DNA of 37,288 nucleotides from Kiritimatiellia bacterium (GTDB lineage Bacteria > Verrucomicrobiota > Kiritimatiellia > RFP12 > JAZUKQ01), in the NCBI GenBank assembly GCA_045643325.1, contig JAZUKQ010000086.1, positions 1 through 37,288 on the forward strand. The letters run 5' to 3'. This document shows, one piece after another, positions 9,778 through 16,096 of the stretch (position 1 is the stretch's first letter; every line of letters starts with the position of its first letter). The notes below the pieces were generated by a model. The model was given only the letters and a program-made list of their open reading frames with translations. It did not search any database and was not told the DNA's origin. The translations under genes were made by a program, and so were the position numbers.

Positions 9778-10014
9778 ATGGCTAAGAAATCTTTGATGAA
9801 CAAGTGCCGTCGCGCCAACGAGCGCAAGATGGCGGCGCTCGCCAAGGAACGCGACGGCGGACCTGCCGCCACGTTCACCACCCGCGCCTACACCCGCTGC
9901 AAGCGTTGCGGCCGTGTGCACGCCGTGCTCCGCAAGTTCGGGCTCTGCCGTATCTGCTTCCGCGAGATGGCGGTCAACGGCCAGATTCCCGGCGTCACCA
10001 AGGCCAGCTGGTAA
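9778..10014 (+). CDS. rpsN: 30S ribosomal protein S14, zinc-binding (CxxC...CxxC) form with an N-terminal insert
   Basis: 78 aa, MAKKSLMNK...[41 protein letters not shown]. All four Cys are retained. Its length lies between the 61-aa and ~100-aa forms. Confidence 0.93.
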   Translation: MAKKSLMNKCRRANERKMAALAKERDGGPAATFTTRAYTRCKRCGRVHAVLRKFGLCRICFREMAVNGQIPGVTKASW

Positions 10015-10028
10015 GGAGGATTGCTACA

Positions 10029-10427
10029 ATGAGTTGGTCAGATCCCATCGCGGATATGCTCTGCCGCATCCGCAATGCCCAGAAGGCCGGGCTCGAGGAC
10101 GTCTCCATGCCCGCGTCCAAGCTCAAGGCCGAAGTCGCCCGCATCATGAAGGACGAAGGCTTCATCCTCGGCTATAAGGTCGAGGGAGATTCGAAGAAGT
10201 CCCTTGTGATCGAGCTCAAGTATTCCGACGCCGACGCCACCCCCGCCATCCGCGGTCTCCGTCGCGAGTCCAAGCCGGGCCTCCGCCGCTTCTGCGGTTG
10301 GAAGGACATCCCGCGCGTTCTCGGCGGTCTCGGCGTGTCCGTCGTTTCCACCTCCCAGGGCGTCATGTCCGGGCGCGAGGCGCGCCGCCGCAAAATCGGC
10401 GGCGAGCTCCTCTGCAGCATCTGGTAA
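10029..10427 (+). CDS. rpsH: 30S ribosomal protein S8
   Basis: Internal ATG at 10029 of ORF 9804..10427: MSWSDPIADMLCRIRNAQKAG...VVSTSQGVMSGREARRRKIGGELLCSIW. Confidence 0.96.
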   Translation: MSWSDPIADMLCRIRNAQKAGLEDVSMPASKLKAEVARIMKDEGFILGYKVEGDSKKSLVIELKYSDADATPAIRGLRRESKPGLRRFCGWKDIPRVLGGLGVSVVSTSQGVMSGREARRRKIGGELLCSIW

Positions 10428-10439
10428 AGGAGCAACCCC

Positions 10440-10982
10440 ATGTCACGTATCGGTAAACAGCCTGTTCCGGTCGCCGACGGCGCCAAAGTCTCCGTCGACG
10501 GTTCTGTCGTCACGGTCGAAGGCAAGCTCGGCAAGCAGACCTACACGCTTCCCGCCGGCATTTCCGCCAAGGTCGAGGACGGCAAGGTCGTCGTCGAGTG
10601 CTCCAATCCCGGGGACCGTAAGATCCACGGCTTCTGGGGCCTCGCCCGCACACTCATCTCCAACATGATTTTCGGGGTCGTCAAAGGCTACGAGAAGAAA
10701 CTGGTCATCGAGGGCGTCGGCTTCAAGGCCGCCGTCTCCGGCAAGCAGGTCTCTCTCTCCCTCGGCTTCGCCAATCCCAAAATCTACAACATTCCCGAAG
10801 GCGCCAAAGTCGCCGCCACGCCCGATGGTCTCACCGTCACCGTCACCGGGATCGACAAGCAGCTCGTCGGCCGCGTCGCGGCGGACATCCGCAGCTACTA
10901 TCCCGCCGAGCCCTACAAGGGCAAGGGCATCCGCTACGCGGACGAGAAGATCCGCCGTAAGGAAGGCAAGAAGGTTGCGTAA
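10440..10982 (+). CDS. rplF: 50S ribosomal protein L6
   Basis: 180 aa, MSRIGKQPVPVADGAKVSVDGSVVTVEGKLG...YKGKGIRYADE. Confidence 0.96.
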   Translation: MSRIGKQPVPVADGAKVSVDGSVVTVEGKLGKQTYTLPAGISAKVEDGKVVVECSNPGDRKIHGFWGLARTLISNMIFGVVKGYEKKLVIEGVGFKAAVSGKQVSLSLGFANPKIYNIPEGAKVAATPDGLTVTVTGIDKQLVGRVAADIRSYYPAEPYKGKGIRYADEKIRRKEGKKVA

Positions 10983-10997
10983 AGGAAGCGTTTTCCC

Positions 10998-11375
10998 ATG
11001 AAATTGAAGCTTAAGACACGCAAAGACTACCGCGTCCGCCGCCACCTGCGTCTTCGTCAGAAGGTCGCGGGCACGGCCGCGCGCCCCCGCATGGCCATCT
11101 TCATCTCGAACGCGCACATGTATGTGCAGTTCATCGACGACGATGCCGCCAACACCCTCGCCTGCGCCTCCACGCTCGGGACCGGCGCCAACGTGAACTG
11201 CACCACCGCCAAGGAACTCGGGGCCAAGGCCGCCGAGGCCGCCAAGGCCAAGGGCATCACGAAGGTCGTCGTCGACCGCGGCGGATTCAAGTTCCAGGGC
11301 CGCGTCAAGGCCATCGTCGACGGTGCTGTCGAAGGCGGTCTTTCCATCACCTCCGAGGATAAGGAGAACGCGTAA
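10998..11375 (+). CDS. rplR: 50S ribosomal protein L18
   Basis: 125 aa, ...RVRRHLRLRQKVAGTAARPRMAIFISNAHMYVQFIDD...VVDRGGFKFQGRVKAIVD. Confidence 0.95.
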   Translation: MKLKLKTRKDYRVRRHLRLRQKVAGTAARPRMAIFISNAHMYVQFIDDDAANTLACASTLGTGANVNCTTAKELGAKAAEAAKAKGITKVVVDRGGFKFQGRVKAIVDGAVEGGLSITSEDKENA

Positions 11376-11875
11376 TGAGTGCCGAAGAAAGAAGCCGTGA
11401 CCGCGACGAGGTCAAGGAGTTCGACGAGACCACAGTGTTTGTCAACCGCTGCGCCAAGGTCGTCAAGGGCGGCCGTCGGTTCAGCTTCAGCGCCGTCATC
11501 GTCATCGGCGACCGCAAGGGCCGCGTCGGTCTCGGATTCGGCAAGGCCCACGAGGTCTCCGAGGCCATCCGCAAGGCCACCGACGCCGCGCACCGGAACG
11601 TCATCTCCATCACGATGAAGGACAAGACGATCCCGCACGAGGTCACCGGCCAGTGCGACGGCGGGCGCGTCCTCCTCAAGCCGGCCTCTGAAGGTACCGG
11701 CGTCATCGCGGGCGGCGGTATGCGCGCCGTCCTCGAAATGGCGGGTGTCCGCGACGTCCTCGGCAAGAGCCAGGGCTCGAAGAACCGTCTCAACGTGGTC
11801 AAGGCCACGCTCGACGCGCTCTCCCAGCTCCGCACCGCCGAGACCATCCAGGCCCTCCGCGCGCAGCAGGATTAA
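11375..11875 (+). CDS. rpsE: 30S ribosomal protein S5
   Basis: 166 aa, ...VNRCAKVVKGGRRFSFSAVIVIGDRKGRVGLGFGKAHEV. There is a 1-nt overlap with the rplR stop. Confidence 0.96.
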   Translation: MSAEERSRDRDEVKEFDETTVFVNRCAKVVKGGRRFSFSAVIVIGDRKGRVGLGFGKAHEVSEAIRKATDAAHRNVISITMKDKTIPHEVTGQCDGGRVLLKPASEGTGVIAGGGMRAVLEMAGVRDVLGKSQGSKNRLNVVKATLDALSQLRTAETIQALRAQQD

Positions 11876-11884
11876 TGAAGGCAC

Positions 11885-11927
11885 GGCGGGAGCCGCGTCT
11901 TCCGGAAGGAGGCGCGGCATTCCCGCC
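11885..11927 (+). other. GC-rich stem-loop in the rpsE-rplO spacer, at the position where rpmD/L30 normally sits
   Basis: GGCGGGA-GCCGCG-tcttccggaagga-g-GCGCGGC-at-TCCCGCC, with outer 7-bp and inner 6-bp perfect complementary arms read directly. No ORF for L30 exists in the 78-nt spacer. Confidence 0.6.
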
Positions 11928-11953
11928 GGGTCGCAACGAAAAGGAACTTTCAC

Positions 11954-12400
11954 ATGGATTTGCATTCCTTCACCACCATCCCCGGTGCCCGCAAGGACGG
12001 CATCCGCAAGGGCCGCGGCGACGCGTCCGGCAAAGGCGGTTCCGCCGGTAAAGGCACCAAGGGCCAGATGTCCCGCAAGGGCCATAAGCATAAGGAGTCG
12101 TTCGAAGGCGGCCAGATGCCGCTCCTCCGCCGCCTCCCGAAGCGCGGCTTCAAGAACGTGAACGACAAGGACTACACCGTCGTCTCCTTCGAGACCCTCA
12201 ACCGGTTCGAGGACGGCTCGGTCGTCGATCCCTGCGCCCTCATCGAAGCCAAACTCCTCAAGCAGCCCGAGAACGGCGGCATCAAGGTTCTCGCCAACGG
12301 CAAGCTCGAAAAGAAGCTCACCGTCAAGGCCAACGCCTTCAGCGCCTCCGCCAAGGCCGCCATCGAGGCTCTCGGCGGCACCTGCGAAGTGATTAAATAG
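11954..12400 (+). CDS. rplO: 50S ribosomal protein L15
   Basis: 148 aa, ...GRGDASGKGGSAGKGTKGQMSRKG...FEGGQMPLLRRLPKRGF is the L15 signature. Confidence 0.96.
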   Translation: MDLHSFTTIPGARKDGIRKGRGDASGKGGSAGKGTKGQMSRKGHKHKESFEGGQMPLLRRLPKRGFKNVNDKDYTVVSFETLNRFEDGSVVDPCALIEAKLLKQPENGGIKVLANGKLEKKLTVKANAFSASAKAAIEALGGTCEVIK

Positions 12401-12463
12401 CAGCGCGGTGCCCGGTGCGCAGTGCCTGTTACGGGCTCCGCGCCGACATCCGGCCGCACAAAG

Positions 12464-12496
12464 ACCCTCGGTCGAAAGACCGGGGGTTCTTTTTTT
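12464..12496 (+). terminator. Rho-independent terminator after rplO
   Basis: A 10-bp stem ACCCTCGGTC / GACCGGGGGT (one G-U pair) with a GAAA tetraloop, followed by TCTTTTTTT. It lies 64 nt downstream of the rplO stop. Confidence 0.7.
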
Positions 12497-12639
12497 GCGC
12501 GCCGGGTCCCGGCGGAAGAACGGGCGGGCGGGGAGGGGGCTCGGCGATCTGCTGTTTCTCGGCGCCGTTCATTCGTTTTTTCCGGGATATTGCGGAAGAG
12601 TTCCTTTCCTGTTTTCTGCGACGGGCAGGATGAATTTTC

Positions 12640-12661
12640 TTCCGCACCGTAATTTCATTTT
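12640..12661 (+). repeat. Copy 1 of the 22-nt motif TTCCGCACCGTAATTTCATTTT
   Basis: Exact 22-nt match to copy 2. It is intergenic, upstream of marR. Confidence 0.9.
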
Positions 12662-12727
12662 CGCGTCATTTCGTGTCCGGGCCGTCCGACACGGCACTTT
12701 TCCAAGGAAATTTCGGCCGGAAAAACT

Positions 12728-12749
12728 TTCCGCACCGTAATTTCATTTT
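12728..12749 (+). repeat. Copy 2 of the 22-nt motif TTCCGCACCGTAATTTCATTTT
   Basis: Exact 22-nt direct repeat of copy 1, 88 nt downstream. It is followed by GG, as is copy 3. Confidence 0.9.
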
Positions 12750-12836
12750 GGGTCACGAATGGTTCTCCGGACCAATCAGGGCGTTTTCTTTCGGGAGGAG
12801 TCTTCTCCCCCTTCCTTCTTCCGATAAAATATCGTA

Positions 12837-12865
12837 TTGACGCGGATAGTCCGAAATGATATTAT
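12837..12865 (+). promoter_or_regulatory. Sigma70-like promoter of marR / the efflux operon
   Basis: TTGACG (12837-12842), a 17-nt spacer, then TATTAT (12860-12865), ~48 nt upstream of the marR ATG. It is flanked by TCCGAAAT direct repeats (12850-12857, 12880-12887) and a CGATA-AAA-TATCG palindrome (12822-12834). Confidence 0.45.
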
Positions 12866-12912
12866 CTCGAACTGTTCTATCCGAAATAGGATTTTTAGCG
12901 AAGGGGCACGAC

Positions 12913-13362
12913 ATGGACGAGCAGACACACAACGACCGGATGGTGGAGGAGCGGCTGGGGTTGACGCACAGCCTCTTTCCGATTTTCAAACGGATGCAGG
13001 AACGGATCTCTAAAGAATTAGAAGAGTGGAAGCTTCCGTTCCACGCCGTCGACACGCTCGTTCTTCTGGATGTCCATCCCGACCTGTGGGAACCCGCCCA
13101 GCTCGCGGAACGCGTCCGGATACCCCGGCAGACAATGACCAGTGTCCTCGACACACTGGAGCGTCGCGGACTTGTCCGGCGCGGCCCCCACCCGAGCGAC
13201 CGCCGTCGCGTCCGCCTCGAAGTCACTCCCGAGGGACACAAAATCACACTTTCGGTCATCGACCGGGTCCGCGCCATGGAGGAGCATGCGCGCGCCGCGC
13301 TCGGCTCCGATGCCGACAAACTGTTGGAGCTGATTCGCCGGTTTGAAGAGGCTCTGGGGTGA
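12913..13362 (+). CDS. MarR-family winged-helix transcriptional regulator
   Basis: ORF 12856..13362 trimmed to the ATG at 12913 because the earlier ATG lies inside the predicted promoter. ...PAQLAERVRIPRQTMTSVLDTLERRGLVRRGPHPSDRRRVRLEVTPEG is the classic MarR wHTH and wing. Confidence 0.85.
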   Translation: MDEQTHNDRMVEERLGLTHSLFPIFKRMQERISKELEEWKLPFHAVDTLVLLDVHPDLWEPAQLAERVRIPRQTMTSVLDTLERRGLVRRGPHPSDRRRVRLEVTPEGHKITLSVIDRVRAMEEHARAALGSDADKLLELIRRFEEALG

Positions 13363-13509
13363 ATTCTCCGCAAGCGTGGAGAGACGACGAGGGAAAACAT
13401 TGCAAATCCGCCTTCGCGCCTCTCCCGGACATAGACCGAGGAGGCCCGATATATCGCGGCGGAGTACTTTCGAAATATTCGTGAAACGAGGAAAAAAAGG
13501 AGGAGAAGC

Positions 13510-14829
13510 ATGGTCAGAAGATTTCTGCTCATCATTCCGTTGGCGCTCACGGGCTGCGTGTCTTTCGACGCGCGCGATGCCCGTCGGGAGCAGACGGAGT
13601 TGTTTCGGAAAGAGCTTGGCGAGAAGGCCTCGGTCTGGCTCGCGGAGCCCGTATCGCTCGAGGACTGCGTTCGGATTGCCATGACGAACAACTATGAGGT
13701 ACGCGCGGCCGAACTCGACCGCGAGGTGGGCCGTTGGGCGAAGACCATGGCGTTCTCGTCCTTCCTCCCGCAGGTGGAGGCGAAGGCGAGCTATGTGTGG
13801 TATCAGGACGAGCCGGTCGTCTCACCGAAGTCGTTCGAGAGCGCGTCGGCCGATGCCGGTCTCCCCGTGTTCATGCCTGCGGCGTGGTTTCTCTACGACG
13901 CGGCTCGTCACGGAGCGGACGCGGCCGATCTCGCCGCCTCGTATGTCCGGCAGAGCATCGTCCTCAAGACGACGCAGGCGTATTACGACGTCATTGTCCA
14001 ACAGGAGACGATCGCCGCCCTGAAAACGCAGTTGGAGGCCGCCGAGGAGCGGAGCGGCCGTGTCGCTGGCCTTGCCCGGGAGGGCATGGCGCGCGGGTGG
14101 GAACTTGGCCAGGCGACGTACCTCGCCGAGGCCCGCCGCACGGAACTCGCCGCGGCGAAGCGGAAACTCGCCACGCTTAAGGGAGACCTCCTCCGGTGTC
14201 TCGGGCTCTCCCCGCTCTCTGATATCGAGCTTCTCGGGGACGACCAGGTTCCGGCGCGTCCCGAGGGGTCCGTGGAGGACTTGGTGCTTCGGGCGTTGGA
14301 GATTCATCCCGAGCTCTCGCTCGCCGACCGCCAGGTTGTCATCAAGGAAACCGAGGTCCGCAAGGCGTTCTGCGATTTCATCCCCGTGCTCAATCTTTTC
14401 ATCTCGTATTCCCATTCGGGAAACACGTTGATGGGGCAGCCCGCGGACAACCTTTCGTTCGGTTTCAGCGGCGCGTGGTCGGTTTTTAAGGGTTTCGCGA
14501 ACACGGCGGCGTACAACACCAAAAAGGTCGAGCGCCGGAAGAGCGAGCTGGCGCGCGAGGAGACGTTCCTGTCGGTGATGGCGCGCGTGATCGCCGCCGA
14601 GGCGGCGGTACGCGACGCCGCAGACGGCGCGGCCGTGGCCGCGACGGCCTATGAGACGGCGCTTGGCAAGGCGGAGGACTTCGAGGCGCGCGCGAAAGAG
14701 GGTCTTGTCCCGCTCAACGAGGCGCTCGACGCCCGCGCCGCCGCGGATCTCGCCCAGGTCGAACTCGTCCGGAGCCGCTACCGGGAGAGGGTCGCGGTCG
14801 CTGCGCTCCGCTTTACCATGGGTGAATGA
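13510..14829 (+). CDS. Outer-membrane efflux factor (TolC/OprM-NodT family) lipoprotein
   Basis: 439 aa with lipoprotein signal MVRRFLLIIPLALTGC. It shows OEP-type repeats (LEDCVRIAMTNNYEVRAAELD..., QTQLEAAEER...). A strong SD (AAGGAGGAG) precedes the start, and the gene is in an operon with the MFP and RND genes. Confidence 0.85.
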   Translation: MVRRFLLIIPLALTGCVSFDARDARREQTELFRKELGEKASVWLAEPVSLEDCVRIAMTNNYEVRAAELDREVGRWAKTMAFSSFLPQVEAKASYVWYQDEPVVSPKSFESASADAGLPVFMPAAWFLYDAARHGADAADLAASYVRQSIVLKTTQAYYDVIVQQETIAALKTQLEAAEERSGRVAGLAREGMARGWELGQATYLAEARRTELAAAKRKLATLKGDLLRCLGLSPLSDIELLGDDQVPARPEGSVEDLVLRALEIHPELSLADRQVVIKETEVRKAFCDFIPVLNLFISYSHSGNTLMGQPADNLSFGFSGAWSVFKGFANTAAYNTKKVERRKSELAREETFLSVMARVIAAEAAVRDAADGAAVAATAYETALGKAEDFEARAKEGLVPLNEALDARAAADLAQVELVRSRYRERVAVAALRFTMGE

Positions 14830-14850
14830 CGAGAAAGAAAGGAGAATGCG

Positions 14851-16077
14851 ATGAAAAACAGCAATCAGGACCATTCGTCCGAGAATTTCCGCACCGTAAT
14901 TTCATATTGGATGAACCGTAGACTCATCGGGCTCGTCATACCGGTCCTGGCCGCGGGATGCGGGGGCGGAGAGACGACCACCGGAACGCCCCGCGAGACG
15001 CTGGCCGACCGCGTGCTCCCCGTGCGGACGCAGACCGTGGCTCCGGGTGTGTTCGAGGACCGGCTCACTGTCCAGGGCAGCCTCGAGTCCGTCGATACCG
15101 CGGTGGTGTCGGCCCGTGCCGGCGGCCCGCTTGTCGAGGTGTGCGTCGACGTGGGCGACAAGGTGGAGAAGGGGGTCACAAAACTCTTCTCCATCGACTC
15201 CGTCGCGTTGGAGAACAAGGCGGCCATCGACCGTGAGGGCGTCGCCACCGCGAAGGCGTCGCTCGCCGTCGCCGAGGCCCAGACGCGGTCGGCGAAGGCC
15301 GAGCTCCATAAGGCCGCGGCCGACGCCGACCGTTTCGCGCGCCTGCACGCCGAGAAGCGGGTGACGGACAACGAGGCCGAGACGGCCGCCACTCGCAAGG
15401 AGGCCGCGGAGGCCGCCGTGGCGGTCGCCGAGGCGAACGTCCAGCTCGCCCGCCAGCGCATCGCGCAGGCCGAGGCCGCGCTCGCCATCTCCGAGCGGAG
15501 TCTTTCCGACGCGACGCTTCTCGCTCCGATCGACGGTGTGGTGAGCGCCCGTCTGAAAGAGCCCGGAGAGATGGTCGCCGCCGGAACGCCGGTCGTGACA
15601 GTCCACGACACCCGCAAAGTCAAGGCCCGCGCGTTCCTTCCCTCCGAGTACTACGACCGAGTGGTACCCGGCAAGACGGTGTTCTCGCTTTCGCTCGGCG
15701 GCGAGTCCGCGGGCGAGGTGACCGTCGCGGCGAAGAGCCCCGTCATCGACATGCGTCTCCGGACATTCGAGTTTCGCGGCGTGCTCGAGAACGTCGCGGG
15801 CGCGGTGCCGGGCCGGATGGGCGATTTCACGGTCGTTTTCGAGCGGCGCGAGGGGCTCTCCGTTCCCGACGAGGCGGTTCTGGACCGCGCCGCGGGGACG
15901 GTCGTCTTCGCCGAACGCGACGGAAAGGCCGTCCAGCGGATGGTGAAGACCGGCCTTCGGTCCGACGGACGGACCGAAATTCTGGAAGGTCTCTCGGACG
16001 GCGAACGGGTTGTCGTCGAGGGGCAGTCGCAGCTGTTCGACGGGCGTGCTGTCAACGCGGTCCGGACGAACGACTGA
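14851..16077 (+). CDS. RND efflux periplasmic adaptor (membrane fusion protein, HlyD family), probable lipoprotein
   Basis: 408 aa with the lipobox LAAGC, a coiled-coil hairpin region (AKASLAVAEAQTRSAKAELHKA...) and beta-barrel/MP domains (APIDGVVSARLKEPGEMV). The ATG at 14851 has an AAAGGAG SD. The alternative ATG at 14911 (MNRRLIGLVIPVLAAGC) gives a more typical signal peptide. Confidence 0.85.
   Translation: MKNSNQDHSSENFRTVISYWMNRRLIGLVIPVLAAGCGGGETTTGTPRETLADRVLPVRTQTVAPGVFEDRLTVQGSLESVDTAVVSARAGGPLVEVCVDVGDKVEKGVTKLFSIDSVALENKAAIDREGVATAKASLAVAEAQTRSAKAELHKAAADADRFARLHAEKRVTDNEAETAATRKEAAEAAVAVAEANVQLARQRIAQAEAALAISERSLSDATLLAPIDGVVSARLKEPGEMVAAGTPVVTVHDTRKVKARAFLPSEYYDRVVPGKTVFSLSLGGESAGEVTVAAKSPVIDMRLRTFEFRGVLENVAGAVPGRMGDFTVVFERREGLSVPDEAVLDRAAGTVVFAERDGKAVQRMVKTGLRSDGRTEILEGLSDGERVVVEGQSQLFDGRAVNAVRTND
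14887..14905 (+). repeat. Copy 3 of the motif (TTCCGCACCGTAATTTCAT, then ATTGG)
   Basis: A 19-nt exact match to copies 1 and 2 (25/26 with copy 2 including flanks). It lies between the two candidate start codons of the adaptor gene. Confidence 0.85.
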
Positions 16078-16096
16078 CGAAGGAAAGGAGACCGCC

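Noticed and set aside
12640-12661. A sigma-54 (-24/-12) promoter reading of the repeated motif (CCGCAC-n5-TTTCA versus TGGCAC-n5-TTGCA).
   Set aside because: The two most conserved dinucleotides (GG at -24, GC at -12) are CG and TC here, so there are too many mismatches at critical positions.
12630-12740. A small ORF (MNFLPHRNFIFASFRV..., 36 codons) that starts just before motif copy 1 and stops at the TAA inside motif copy 2.
   Set aside because: It has no RBS and no recognisable peptide. The third motif copy is read in a different frame, so the repeat is more likely a DNA or RNA element than a coding one. This was not tested.
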